A DNA stretch of 64,000 nt from the human T2T-CHM13v2.0 reference genome, Homo sapiens: the NCBI RefSeq assembly GCF_009914755.1, contig NC_060943.1, one strand, 5' to 3'. Of this stretch, positions 1 to 16,614 are shown in pieces (position 1 is the stretch's first letter; every line of letters begins with the position of its first letter). The notes under the pieces are model-generated. The model saw only the letters and a program-made list of their open reading frames with translations, was not told where the DNA came from and made no database searches. Position numbers and translations under genes: made by a program.

Positions 1-1311
1 ATTGAGGGTAGGGGCTGTTTGTGTTCATTTTTGTATTCCCTGAACTCATAGAGCCTGGCACTTTGGGAGTATTCTATAATTGACTGTTGAATGGAATGAT
101 CGTTTCGTAACCTGTTAACTGGGCCTGATGTGTTAGAAAATATGTAAAAGTGCAGCCTGTGTATTAGAAAATGTGTGAAAGTACAGCCTATGAGCAGAAA
201 GAAAATCTTACTGAAAAGCGATCCCACGTACACATGGAGCCTGGTGCGGCCGCTTTACTTATGCTGCTGAGTTCTGCATCAGTCCACACCGAGGCCACCA
301 CAGGGGCCGGGAGCTCCTCCTCAGACCTTCCTCTGGGTCCCTCAATCTCTTTACCCCCCTGTTCTCCCAGGTCCTGCTCCCTGTCAGTTCACTCCATCTG
401 GTTTCCCCTCCATGCACTTGGGGTGGGTATCACATCCTGTGTCTCATCACAGGGGGCTTTGGGTCCCTCAGATCCATTGATTAAAACACCTCTAAAACAA
501 ATGGACTTTCCTCTTGTTAACATGACAACTTCTTATAATGCATTTCAAGAACATTATTTGTGTCAAGAGTCTCTCTGATGTACAGAGGCCCTCCCTCCCC
601 CAGGAAGGAGGTCAGGGGAAGTTAGGAGAAAACAGTGTCCTGTCTGGGTTGCTTATTTCCCTATTCTGCAGTGTATTTGGTAGACGTTCAAAAATATTTG
701 TTGACTCTGTCCATGATCCACATGGCTCTCATATAGTCATTTATTCACACACACATTCAGTGAGGCTTTGAGCGCCTAGTGTGTGCCTGGTATTTGCTAG
801 ATGGTGGATGCTGAGAAGATCAGATGTGCTGCTGTCTCTGAGGAGCTTTCACTATATAGCTGCACCTAGGGTGACCGAATGCACCTGCCCCACTTTACAG
901 ACATGGAAATTAAAGTGCAGGCAAGTCATAGGACTAGTTCAATGTCACAAGGTCACTAGCCTCAAAGTTATAGGAGTAAATCAAGTTTTCTGACTTGCTG
1001 GATTTTCTGTTAGTGTGCAGCCACCTGGCTGCTGCAGGTGCAGACATGGTGAGCTCCGATAGGAGCGAGGACGCTCAGAGTGAAGTGGGAGCCCTGAGCA
1101 CCCTGGATTAACCAGGAGGACATGCCGGGTCCAGCTATGACTGCACAGAGGACCATCGGGAACATTTGAATTCTCTTTTTCACTTTGAGCTTGAAATGAA
1201 GAAAACTGATCCCAGAAAACCAAGCGTGGAAGGTATTTCACAGGGCATTGGTGAGATGGGTCAGAAAATCCTGTGTTGATGTCTGTCATCATGTTTGTCA
1301 CTGAATAGTAA

Positions 1312-1730
<419 letters not shown>

Positions 1731-2306
1731 CTCCGATAAATATTTCTTACAAAATAAAACAGAATAAAAAGTAGACATCTGCACAGGTGTGGGATGACTG
1801 AGCAGCAGCAGAAGCAGGAAAAGTCAGCGTCCCCAGATCAGCTGATGTGGCATTTGGCTTCTAGATAGGGGTGAGGTGCCAGGACAGGGACGGGGGTCCT
1901 GGGGCTCTGCTGCTCTGGGGAACACCCCTAGGATTTGGAGTGTCTGCTGTGGTTGCTGCACTTCACTTGACCATGGGAAAGTGACCAGAGGGTGTGGGGC
2001 TTCAGGTGACCCTATATGGGAAATGGCCGAGGGAAGATTGGGTGGGTGGTGCATGGGATGGTTTACCCGTATTTGAAGGTCAGTTGTATGAAAAGATGTT
2101 AAACTTATTTCAGCCTATGGAGAGTAAGATGAGGATTGGTGAGTGTGAATCAGACACCTTTTGACTCAAGACAAAAAAGAACTGTTACAGTAAAGGAAGT
2201 TTCCTTGGAAAATTACAAGTTTACTGGCAGAATTCAAGCCAGGGCTGGGTGTCTGAAAATACCTCTCAGAATGATTTTTAAGCTAACAAGGGCAGAGCTT
2301 GGCTAG

Positions 2307-2879
<573 letters not shown>

Positions 2880-3054
2880 CTCTCTGGTGTTTTCTAAAAC
2901 CTCTACCTGAATGTGGGCAAGCCTAAGAGGCTTTTAGGATTAAGAAAAGGTCATGAATGAGGTGAAAGGTAAACTTCATTATTATTTTTCTCTTGTGAGG
3001 TGACATAGTTGAGTGTGAAATAGTTGCATTTTAGAACTGGAAGACACTGGAGAG

Positions 3055-3212
3055 AAGTGCTTCACAAATCTTAATGTGTTCATGGATCACCTGAAGATCT
3101 TGATTAAATACAGATTCGGATTCTTTTGGTGGGGCCTGAGATTCTCAATTTCTAAGGCGCTTTTGGATGATGTCATTGCTGCTGGTTGGTGGACCACACT
3201 TTGAGTAGCAAG
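3055..3212. mobile_element. MER5A-like DNA transposon
   Basis: gatcacctgaagatcttg...ggtggggcctgagattct...ggaccacactttgagtagca. Confidence 0.7.
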
Positions 3213-3902
3213 GCTTGAGGGTCATTTAGAGATTAATTCTCATTCCATGTGATTTATGGCTGAAGAGAGACCAAACTACAGAGAGAGAATATAACTTGCC
3301 TTCCATAACTATGCCCTCACTGCATGACTTTTTGCATTTAAACCCAGGGCTTCAGCTTCTCCGTCCAATTCTCGTTTCATGCATCACGTGGCCCCTACAC
3401 TGTTGTTGGTGGCATCTCTTTACCTTAGGAACCCAGAACTCCATTTCCACCACCCACTGATCTTGGCTCAAGGTTTCACTTTGACTGGGTCTGCCCTTCC
3501 TCAAAACCTTGAGGGGCTCTTCTATAATCACAAGATCAAGTTTGAACCTCGGTGTCTACTGTTCATGCCTCTACAACATGTGATTCCCCCTTTAGCAAGC
3601 TTACATAACTTCCCTGTTTTTTTAACTGACTCTTTCTGCTCTAGCTCTCCCTGCTCCTTCCTGTTCCCTACACATACTTCGTTCAGGTCCCTCAATGGTA
3701 GTGGTGGTTACATGGTCTCTGGTGTTAGACTCACCGAGTTTCTAATCCCATACCCACCACCGACCTTGGCAAGTTACTTCCCCTTTCTGAGGATGAGCAT
3801 CCTCCTCTGAAATAATTTCATGTATTGATTGAGAGAGTAAATAAAATAACATCTGCAAGCCCACTGTCATTCCTCGGACCCTCTTTAAAACTAGCATCTA
3901 CA

Positions 3903-4113
3903 CAGGGTGGGGAACATCACACACCGGGGCCTGTCGTGGGGTGGAGGGAAGGGGGAGGGATAGCACTAGGAGAGATACCTAATGTAAATGACGAGTAAAT
4001 GGGGTGCAGCACACCAACATGGCACATGTATACATATGTAACAAACCTGCACATTGTGCACATGGACCCTGGAACTTAAAGTATAATTAAAAAAAAAAAA
4101 ACCAAAACCAAAA
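3903..4113 (+). mobile_element. 5'-truncated L1PA 3' end with 16-bp TSD
   Basis: ggggaacatcacacaccggggcctgtcgtgggg...gaacttaaagtataat plus A tail; TSD aaaactagcatctaca at 3887-3902 and 4114-4129. Confidence 0.9.
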
Positions 4114-4237
4114 AAAACTAGCATCTACAGTGGTGCCTGACACCTGGTTCCCTGGCTTATGTTTCTCCATGTCTCTGCTTTCCTAAGGCTGAACCATTCA
4201 AGGCCTAACCTGAACCCTGTCTCTTTTGTGAGCATTT

Positions 4238-4562
4238 GTTTCTTTCTTTCTTTTTTCTTTTTTGTTTTGTTTTGAGACGGAGTCTCACTCTGTCCCCCAG
4301 GCTGGAGTGCAGTGGCGCAGTCTCAGCCCACTGTAACCTCCGCCTCCTGGGTTCAAGCTATTCTCCTGCCTCAGCCTCCTGAGTAGCTGGGATTACAGGT
4401 GCATGCCACCATGCACAGCTAATTTTTTTTTTTTGTATTTTAGTAGAGATGGGGTTTCACCATGTTGGTCAGGATGGTCTCGAACTCCTGACCTCAAGTG
4501 ATCTGCCCGCCTCAGCCTCCCAAAGTGTTAGGACTACAGGCATGAACCACCACACCCGGCCT
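4238..4562 (-). mobile_element. AluSx-like
   Basis: Full antisense dimer; flanking tgagcattt repeated. Confidence 0.9.
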
Positions 4563-5359
4563 TATGAGCATTTCTGACCCAATTGATCCCACCCTTCTAT
4601 AAATTGTTTCACCCATGTATTGGCATTTAATTATGTCCCAGTGAGACCCCATAGGGAGGCTGGAAGGGTGTTGGCTGTGTGAAAACTGAAGGTGAATTGA
4701 GTGAGCTCCTTTCTTACTACCCCCTGAGTGTTAGAGCTACCATCTCTTTTTTTTTTCAGCTATTGCCAGCAGCAGTTCCTCCTGCGCCAGCTGCACCAGA
4801 CCCTGGGCAGGCAAGTGAATACCTTAGGGTTTGTTCCTGTCAGGGTCACTCCTGCCTCTGGGTTTTGGTGAAACTGGCGTTTTCTTTTGCATCTTATCAG
4901 GTGGCCCCTCTGAGGAGGTTATTGATGATATCCCTTTATGGAAAGCCTAAGGTAATAACTCTAAGGAAGTTGAGCACAGTATTTTCTAACTTAAACAGCT
5001 TGGTGGCAGGAGATGTGTACACTTTCCTATTTCATAAAATTTACAACAGATTCAGAAGAGATTAAGGACAAAGGACCAAATGGGGAGGACAGGTTTGTTT
5101 AAGGGAGGTCATGTACTTTCAATCTGGAGTCTATCAATTGTTCATTCAACTCTGTGTGGAAGTGTGCATCTTTGCATGTGTGGTCGTATATTTGGATCAC
5201 ATGATTCATAATTCTGTCCCTGTCAGTGGCAATTAGGAGTTCATGTTAGGCTTATGAGGATAAAATATATGGGTGTGCACTATTACTGAAGCCAGGGTTT
5301 CTGATATCTGGAGAGAAAATAGGCCAGGAGGGCTGGTCACTTTACTTAGTGCCCTGCCT

Positions 5360-5686
5360 TTCTCTCTCTCTCTCTCTCTTTCTCTTTTGAGACAGAGTCT
5401 CACTCTGACACCCAGGCTGGAGTGTAGTGGACTATAGCTCACTTCAACCTCCACCTCCTGGGCTCAAGTGATCCTCCCATATCAGCCTCCTTGTTAGCTG
5501 GGACCACAAGCACATGCCATCATGCCCAGCTAATTTTTTGTTTTGTTTATTTGTTTGTCTGTTTTTGTAGAGATGGGTTTTCACCATATTGCTCAGGTTG
5601 GTCTCGAACTTCTGGGCTCCAGTGATCTAGCCATTTTGGCCTCTTCCAAATGCTGGGATTACAAGTGTGAGCCACCATTCCCGGCC
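5360..5686 (-). mobile_element. AluJ-like with (TC)n tail
   Basis: ctgggctcaagtgatcctccc J-type signature; flanking ccctgcctt repeated. Confidence 0.88.
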
Positions 5687-6149
5687 CTGCCTTCTCTTTT
5701 TATTAGACAGCAGTCTACTCACTCATCATGTTCCCAGTGAGGGGATTTTTAACCTTCTCATTTTCCTACCAGGGGTCCATGCCAAAGTCCATATGTGTTT
5801 AATTGTGTCTAGAATTGGATGTTCTTTTTGAAAAGAGCAGCCCAAGGAATGGCTTCTTAGCTGATATCCAGGATTCTAATCTTCATTGTCTAAACTTTGG
5901 GTTTCCATTCCTGGATACTGGTTAGAGTAACTTGTAGGGCATTTAAAATGTACCAATGTCTGTGCTTTCCCCAAGTATGTCTGACTGGATTGGTGCATTG
6001 TGTGCCCAGGCATTGGTTGTTTAAGAATGCTTCCAAGGAAAACGGTCATTTTATTGTGGAGGAATTTTAGCCCAGGGCTCAAAGTTAACATCCCATTAAT
6101 TAGAGATATCGACATCTTAGGGCATCCTAATATAATGGATGGAGAAGGC

Positions 6150-6600
6150 ACAAAATCGCCTCTTTGGTTTTCTTGACCGAAGTGTATAACCTCAGTTTAA
6201 TCATGAGAAAAAATTAGAAAAATTTAAACTGAGGGTAACTACAAAATAACAACGCCAATACTTTTCAAAAATGTTAAGGTCATGAAGGCAAAAGAAATTC
6301 TGAGGAACTGTCCCAGATTAAAGGAGACTGAGAGGACAAAACAATGAGATGCAATGTGTAATTGTACATTGGACCCTGTTCCAGAAAAAGGACATTAGAG
6401 GGAAGATAAAGAGGATTTGAATAAAGTCTGCAGATTCATTCACTGTATGATGTCAGCGATAATTTATTGATTTTAATGTTTGCACTGTGGTTATCTAAAA
6501 CAATGTTTGGGGAAGTTGAGTGAAAAGTATATGGGGACTGTATTTTTGGAACATTTTTGAAAGTCTGAAATTATTTCAAAATGAAAAGTTTGAAAAAAAA
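6150..6600 (+). mobile_element. Old L1M (L1MC/ME-type) 3'UTR fragment
   Basis: ataacctcagtttaatcatgag...aaggtcatgaa...gaggaactgtcccagattaaaggagact...aagtctgaaattatttcaaaatgaaaagtt. Confidence 0.6.
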
Positions 6601-7437
6601 AAGGAGAAGAAATCTAGATATTTCTATTAAGTTGCCAGACTTGAAGACCATTTCCCAAGTTATCTTGCCTAATATTGTAGAGTAATCTTCCTGGAAATGC
6701 TGTTTGTCACGTTTGTGAGCTTCTCAGAGCTTTCCAGTGACTTCTCTTATCTGTAGGATGAAGTTCCCATTCCTTAGGATGCCACTCAGAGCCCTCATAG
6801 CCCGGCCCCAATCTACTCCCTTGATTTACATTGAAGGACCTGACCCACATTTTACTTTCTCATTTCCAAACATTTTCTAAGTCTTTTCCCTCTTCATATC
6901 ACACCCTTGCCTGTCTTCTCAGCCTCCTGAGTTGTTCTTTGTCCTAAAGGCCCATTTCAGACCCTGTCTCTTCATTGAAGCCTGTATATTTATTTCTGTT
7001 AGAAGCAGTCATCTTTCCTTTCTTTGAATTCTTGCAGGTACAATGGTGTGGAGTGAAACATGAGTTTTATTTCATTATATTATATTTTAGAAAAAAATCA
7101 ATTTATTCTGCTCATTAAAAGTTTTTCTTTTAAAAAAATCTTAAAATTTTCATTGGAGAAGGATTAGAGATTAAATTGTTGATGTTTGAATTTCGTTGTG
7201 GTTTAAAAAAACTTTTATTTTAGGTTCAGGGTACATGTGCAACTTTGTTATGTAGGTGAACCTGTGTCACAGGGGTTTGATGTACAAATTATTTCATCAC
7301 CCAGCTACTAGGCCTAATACTCAGTAGTTATGTTTCCTGCTCCTCTTCTTCCTCCCACTCTCCACCCTCTTGTAGGCCCCAATGTCTGTTGTTCCCCTTT
7401 TTATGTCCATGTGTTCTCATCATTTAGCTCCCACTTA

Positions 7438-7757
<320 letters not shown>

Positions 7758-8362
7758 TTAGCCCCACTTATAAGTGAGAACATGCAGTATTTGTTTTTCT
7801 GTTTCTGCGTTAGTTTGCTGAGCATAATGTCCTCTAGCTCCACCAATGTTCCTGCAAAAGAGATGATCACATTATTTTTTATGGCTGCATAGTATTCTGT
7901 GGTGTATATGTACCACATTTTAAAAATGCAGTTTTCCATTGAGAGGCATTTCGGTTGATTCTATGTCTTCTCTATTGTGAACAGTGCTGCAGTGAACATT
8001 CATGTGCATGTGTCTTTATGATAGAATGATTTATATTCCTCTGGGTATATACCCAGTAATGAGATTGCTGGGTCAAATGGTAGTTCTGTTTTTAGCTCTT
8101 TGAGGAATTGCCATACTGCTTTCCACAATGATTGAACTAATAATTGACACTCCCACCAACAGTGTATAAGCACCCCCTTTTCTCCACAACCTTGCCAGCA
8201 TGTTACTTTTTTTTGACATTTTTGATAATAGCCATTCTGACGGGTATGAGATGGTATCTCACTGTAGTTTTGATTTGCATTTCTCTAATGATCAGTGATA
8301 GTGAGCTTTCTTTCCTATGCTGTTGGCCACATGTATGTCTTCTTTTGAAAAGTGTCTGTTCG

Positions 8363-8625
<263 letters not shown>

Positions 8626-10922
8626 TGTGTTCATGTCCTTTGCCCACTTTTTAGTGGGAATTTTTTTTTCTTGTAAATTTGTTTAAGTTCCCTGTAGATG
8701 CTGGATATTACATTTTAGTCAGATGCATAGTTTGCAAATATGTTTTCCCACTCTGTAAGTTGTCTGTTTACTCTGTTGATAGTGTCTTTTGCTGGAAGCA
8801 TGAGTTTTGGATTCAGAAATATGAGTCTGAGTCCTAGTTCCACCTTTTATCAGGTGAGATAAGGGACAAGTTAATTGATGTCTTGGAATAGAGGGATAAT
8901 AGTGCCTATTTAAAGGGTCATTGTGAGCATTGGATGAGGTACAAACATAAAGGTCCCCAGCAGGTAGCAGATTACTTCCTCTTCATTCCTGTAGCTCAGT
9001 GGTTCCAAAGGTATTGCGGGTGGTGTGAACTTTCTTATCAAAATTTTCTATAGATCCTTCAACTAAGATAGCCTTGAACTGAACTGAATGCTTAGGACTT
9101 TAAGAAGTTCAACTGACGTTTGGATTTTTGTGAAAACAACTCAGTAAATAAGTTATCTATCAATAGAGGAATGTAACCCAACAGAGGAAGAAGGGAATGA
9201 CAATGGGATTGTAAATGGGAGAAAGCTGTGATGCCTTCCACACCCATCCCTTTGTTCTCAGTCAGACAATATCAAGGAAGTACAACTTCTAAAATTATGT
9301 AAAGGAAAATAAACACCTCAGGACTGCCAAACTCATTACACCAAAGGGATACTTCAGCCTGGAGATTGAGTCATGCAAGACCACCATTTTTTCCCCAAAT
9401 GAACAACTGTTACTTTACAACCTTGTGTCAAAGCATTGTACATTAGCCAGAGCCCCAGGAGAAGATGAAAAGGCCCTAGGCATATCTGGATGACCTCCCT
9501 CACAAATTGTTTTTTTGCTGTCCTCGAACCACATTTGAAGTATATTTGTGGAACAGACTCTTACAAGTACTCTTAAATGTTGGCTTCTCATAACTGTGGA
9601 GCTCATGTCACTGGACTAGGAAAAAAAACCCAGGACTTTAGTTAAAAAAAATGCATTCATGATGATTGCTAACCCAACATCAAGCAGAACAAGAGTTAAT
9701 TACATGAGGATAAATTGATACAGGACTAAAATGATTTTTTCATGACCTTTTTTTTAAAAAAAAACATTGCTGACTTTTTTTATGTTTTGTTCTCCAGAGT
9801 CAAAAAAGCTTTTTTTTTTTTTTCTTTTGAGCTTTTTAGCTTACAACAAATTGGGTAAAGTATAATTTTGTGAGCTAAATTTGAAAGATTTATCTTTCTC
9901 TCTACCCAATTTCTACAAAAATAAACTATTTGTGCATATTCTTAATTTATGGCAATATAGATATTTGCATAAATTCCATAAGAATTTGTTTTCTTTTATA
10001 ACAGGACACAATTGGAGACATTGGTTATTTTATAGAGGCTTTGAGTGAAATGGTATATTTTCAGATATGACCAGAATGCTTTGAGGAATTGAGATTGACT
10101 TTATAGAACTGACAAAAAGCCTCTTGGACAGACTGACCTGGTTACCTTGTCTATGCAGTTTCTATAAAAAGTTAATGATCTGTGGTAAGTAAAGAATGTC
10201 ACTTTCTGATAGGCCCAGGAACCCCCAAGTTATTTTGAGACCTCAAGAAAAGAGGAATTCACCAAATTCATGCAGGTATCTACAGGCACAGATAAATTAC
10301 TGGCTTGCATAGCCTTGAGATGCTTTTGGAAGTCTAATCTGAGATTCCTTATGAAAAAAAGTCTCAGCAAAGCCAATTTAAAAAGACTCTCTATGGCCAA
10401 CCACTATTCTTGCCATACTTTATGCAAATAATCAGGCCAGGTATAAGACTAAAACTTATTTAGCAAATACATTTGTCCTGCTATGATTTGTCTTTCATAA
10501 AAATGGGAGCCTGGAGAGAGAAAAATTTGTGTTTCAAAAGAAAACTTCAATACAACTGTTATTAAATTCTAGGCTTGTTCATTATTTTTGAGTTTTATTA
10601 TTTGCCTATAATTTGGACTGAATCCTAAATTCTTTCCTGGCTATAAATATCAAAAGTAATGATTTCAAGATTTTCTTCCATTTTGGAATGTTAGAAATTA
10701 AAACTGTGCTTTTCTTCAAGCCCTGCAAACTGAAACTAGACAAGTTAAGTGAACTTTTGGAGAAGTCACAGCAACTTATATATAAACAACTTTTGTGCCC
10801 GTTGATGCATGGACTACACGAAAGGGTCACACGAATACTGGATTTGTACTGAAATTCAGAGAAATCTGTGAGATTGTCACTGCAGTTAGATGATTCAGAG
10901 ACTCTAGAAAAATGAGTCTATA

Positions 10923-11297
<375 letters not shown>

Positions 11298-11559
11298 TTA
11301 GTGATCATGGCCCAAAGAATTGCTCTAATTGAGGAGGCAGTTGTGTATCCTCAGTTGGATTCCAGGATTATACTTTGTTGTTGTTGTTGTTGCTGTAATT
11401 AGTCCTTGGTCCTTTTCTGATTTGACTTCACCCCCTTTTCCATGGGAGATGACTTCCTAGGAATGAGCCTTCATAGTGATGTAAGATCAGATGAAACATA
11501 GCCACAAAGTCATGTATTTAACAGTAATTTCTCTGAAAGATATAGAAGAATGTTGGAGG

Positions 11560-11858
11560 TGGGCAGGTGTGGTGGCACAGGCCTGTAATTTCACATTTTG
11601 AAAGGCCAAGGTGGAAGGATCGCTTGAAGCCAGGAGTTCAAGACTAGCCTGAGCAACAAAATGAGACCACATCTCTACAAAAAATAAACTAAAATAAATT
11701 AGCTGGGTGCAGTGGTGCATGCCTGTAGTCTCAGCTATTCAGGAGGCTGATGTGGGAGGACCTCCTGAGCCCAGGAGTTCCAGGCTGCAGTGAGCTACAA
11801 TCATGTCACTATACCCTAGCCTGGGTGACAGAGCAAGACCTTGCTTCTTAAAAAAAAA
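11560..11858 (+). mobile_element. AluJ-like
   Basis: Diverged dimer with J-type features. Confidence 0.85.
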
Positions 11859-12890
11859 GTGGGAGGCGGGGTTGGGGCAACAGGAAGGCAAAAAGCCTCA
11901 GGGATCTCCAGATGACTGCCCTCTAAATAGTTCTTTGCTGGCCTCAAAATCTTTCAAGATGTATAGCGTTTCATAAAACAAGGCATGTCAATTATAACTT
12001 CAGGTGTGCAATCAAAATCTAGCTCCTAAAACTAAAGCCTGTTAAGTTTTATTCTGATAATATTTATCTTCCCAGGCACAGAACAAAGGCAAAATGAGAT
12101 CAATTATTCTTCCACCTATCCCATCTCTTTCTACCTGTCTTCCCCCCTGTAAGGAAATATATAAATACTAAGCCTTCTGCAACCTCTTCAGAGAGAACAC
12201 ACCCACAGAGGTTTTCTGTGATTCATGTTTTCCCAGGGTGCACCCTCAAGCTCTGGCTCAATAAACCTTAACTGGTCAAGACCCTTGCCTCAGTCAATCA
12301 TTCTGGATGACCACCATGAGTCTTGCACAGGCCTTCACTGATCCCTTTGCTGCCCAGGTGATGTGTACCTAGGTGAATCAGGTCCCCACGAGTCAAACAC
12401 TCTTCTCCCTTTCTGCCTCCTCTACCTCCCTCTCCTCATTCAGTGCCGTGTGCCCTGGTCTGGCCCCAGCTCCAGGCCATTAGTATTAGCCTAAGAAGGC
12501 AAGGCCAGGATGAACAGGCTGAGAAGGAAATCAGAGGCCAACAGGCATGAAAAGAGGCAGATGGGACTGTCATTTCTCAGAGCCACCCACTCTGGGTGTG
12601 TTTTATGACTGCTACTGGATTTGGAATCTTTTCCTCTTTGTGGCCATAATGGGAACTCACCCTTCTCCTACTTCCTTCCCATTACACTTTCTATTCATAG
12701 GGAACTCCTTTTATGACCAGAGAAAGGCTGTAAAAATAGTTGACAATTGAGTAAAACTGACTTTATAATGACTGGGAACCTGGCTCTGTTTTTTTCCAAA
12801 AGAGACTGAGATTCCTCAAAGCTAGCTTTTATGCAGGGCTGTGCAGTTGTGAGTGTAGCATTAGGGAACAGGTACATAAGTGAAGGGTGA

Positions 12891-13388
<498 letters not shown>

Positions 13389-13825
13389 TGCCTCATTTTT
13401 TTAATCTGTAAAAATGGGGATAACATCCAGGAATTTTTGTGAAGATGTTAACTACATGGAAAGATCTTAGGATAGTTCCTGGCACATACTGAGTTTTAAG
13501 TCAGTGCAAACTATTATGATTATGGGAATAGGAAAAGGTGCCACCCTGGACGTGTAGGATGAGGGGGTATTTTCTAGCCAGGGTCCTAGCAGGCCAACCG
13601 GAGATGAAGATGGTTAAGCAGAAGCAGCTTAACTTCAGGAGTGGAAGGATTGGGGAGCAGTAGCTCATGCACAAGATTCTGTGAAAATGCCTTTACCTAA
13701 CAGCAGAAATACCCAGAATGGGTGTGGCTTCTGTCACAATTATTGTCTAAAAATGTGTCGTAGACTCAAATGGCGTTGATGTAAGCCAAGTACAGAAAAG
13801 GGCTTCAGGGCTGCCTTGCACATAG

Positions 13826-13891
13826 CATTCATCTTGTCAAAGGAAAACATTCATCTTGTTAAAGGAAAACATTCATTTTGCTAAAGGAATC
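13826..13891. repeat. 22-bp tandem repeat, 3 copies
   Basis: cattcatcttgtcaaaggaaaa / cattcatcttgttaaaggaaaa / cattcattttgctaaaggaatc. Confidence 0.85.
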
Positions 13892-14592
13892 CCCACTTGT
13901 AGCCCTGGTTATTATTTTTGTCTCAGTACTATTCTTGTTTATAGTTTGTAAAGAGAAAGACTGAAGAAGTGTGAAATACGGAAGTGCATGTATGAATTAA
14001 CAGGGCAGAATTGGGACTGGTATGCGTAAGTTAAGAGAAAGTGCATATAAATTTATGTGAACATAAAGAGGACTTCTTGTTTTAAGCAGACCTCTTTGTA
14101 TAAAAAATGTGGGCTGTCTTGAGTGGATGGCAGACTCTATCACAAGAACATTCTAGCAGAGTCACGAGAGAATGGGGAGCATGACTTCTTTCTAAATGGC
14201 AAGTTAAGAGTATGTAAGTCGATGAAGAGAGAGGAGATGAAGGAGAAGATGGGTGAGGATGAGAGAAATGGGATAGAGAAAAGAACAGACTGAAAGGAAT
14301 GTTTACCAAGTGCTCATCAGGTACCAGCCTCTGTGTCTAATACCTTACACATCTTAATTTACTCTTTGACTGTCATTTTCTGATAACAGTAAGAGTCATC
14401 TTTGTGCTGCAGATGAGAAAACGCTGTAGGAGGTGAAGTGAGTGGTCCAGGATCATCCAGCCAGTTCATAGCAGAGCTGGTGTGTTTCACCTCAAAGTTT
14501 GTGCTCTTGCCTGTGATTCACACAAAACAATGAGATATAGAAAGAAGGCAAATGAAATTTTTGTTGTGGGTGATGTTTATGGAAGTTACCAG

Positions 14593-14830
14593 TGTTAGGC
14601 AGAATAATGGCCTCCCCAAAATGTCCACATCCTTATCCATGGAACCTGTGCATGTTACTTTATTTGGCAAAAAGACTTCACTCTTGAGATGGGGAGGTTA
14701 TTCTGGATAATCTAGGGTGGCCCAGTGTAATCAGAAGGGTCCTTGTAAGTGAAAGAGTGAGGCAGGAAGGTCAGGGTGAAAATGCTGCAGTCTGAGACTC
14801 CACTAACCATTGCTGGCTGTGAACATGCAT
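14593..14830 (+). mobile_element. MLT1D-like MaLR LTR, 5' part only
   Basis: tgttaggcagaataatggcctccccaaaatgtccacatcct...cttgagatggggaggttattctggat; truncated where ERV-internal sequence begins. Confidence 0.7.
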
Positions 14831-15673
14831 CAGAAGACAAAATTTCAACTAATGTAGTTATAGATCTGATTGGCTTTTAATTGTGATTCAGGGTTTGGGG
14901 CAGCTCTCACTCTACACATACAGTGATAGCTCCCCCTGGGCAACATAATAACAGAGCAATGGGTTTTGTCAAATTGGAACCAGTAGACAGAGCCATAGAA
15001 ATAAATGGATTGGTTAACATCAGGGTACTTCAGGTTACTCTTTTTGGGGTAAATGTTAAAGCAGAGGGGACTTCCTTATGATGTTGACTCAGGGAGACTG
15101 GAATCTTCTGTTTTCAGAAAACATTGGTCTGTTTTGAGATCTGCTTCCTTAAAATTCCAGTTGGAGTATGCAGCATTTAGTGTGAGTGGCTCTAATTTGG
15201 AGTCTTTAGACTCTCACTTAAGTGAGAGTGTGACCAAAGCTTAAAGCATTAGCATTACTCTCAGTTATCATCATTTTTGGCTTCCATTGTTTATAGGTTA
15301 TGATATCCTCCTGATCACACATTTCTTTGAGTTTATGTAGTTCCAGCCAAATAGAGACCATTTGATATTTGATGGATGGCAGCACGCAAACACTTAAAAC
15401 TTTTAGAGATTACAGCACACCAGGGAGACCAGTAGTATGACTATGAGGAAGATAATGTTAAGAGTTTGGAGTATGCACCTTTGGTAAGATGCAAACCAAC
15501 TGAAATAGAATAGATAAAAGAATGAACCAGATGAGTGTAGCCATTTTAACCAAGTAGCATGTTTGTTAATTTTTGCAACTGAGACTCTATAATACCCGAT
15601 ATATTTATCCATGTGCAACAAGAAGCATCATAAACTACACAGACTCCTCTCTGATCAGCCAATAGGGAGCAAT

Positions 15674-15679
15674 TTTATT
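15674..15679 (-). terminator. Polyadenylation signal AATAAA of CEACAM8
   Basis: Plus-strand TTTATT at 15674-15679, about 1.1 kb past the exon 6 acceptor. Confidence 0.75.
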
Positions 15680-16218
15680 ATCTAGCATTGCATGCCTGGG
15701 TTAAATTAAAACAGACAGTGAGAACAAGTGAGTCTAGGAGTCTGACTCTAAAAGAGACCATAGTACATTTGAACAAAGAGTTGTGTTAAAGATGCTGTTA
15801 CTGTCAGCCATTGGGTGGACTAAAGGATCTCATACGTAAAAATTTGGGGTTGACACGATAGATTAGACACTCCGTTAATCTATCATTCTCTGTATTTTCT
15901 CAAATATAACATCCCAATCAAAGCCTTGGTAATATAACCAATGTTTTAAACTATATCCCATTATAAAGACAGCAGATTCTCACTGAACTTGTGCAAATAA
16001 CTGAATTACCATAAACATATGAATACTCATGAATAGTTGCCCAGTTCTGTGGCAGTCAGGTAGGGAGCAAAAGTAAATGTTATAATTTTTGTTCACAAAA
16101 GTCTGCTTTACCAAATTGCAGTAAGGTATAGATAGCTTAAAAGATAAAGAAATTCATAAATCTGAAAAAGAAAACACTTAAAGAATTGGCAATTTTTCAA
16201 ATAAAAAATCTTAAAAAC

Positions 16219-16614
<396 letters not shown>

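Noticed and set aside
13826-13891. Short direct repeats (also 49821-49950) considered as CRISPR-like arrays
   Set aside because: No unique spacers, eukaryotic context, no cas genes.
14431-14455. Weak resemblance to the CEACAM1 C2 exon on the minus strand
   Set aside because: Better explained as a MIR core (aggtgaagtga...agagctgg), and the match is too short.
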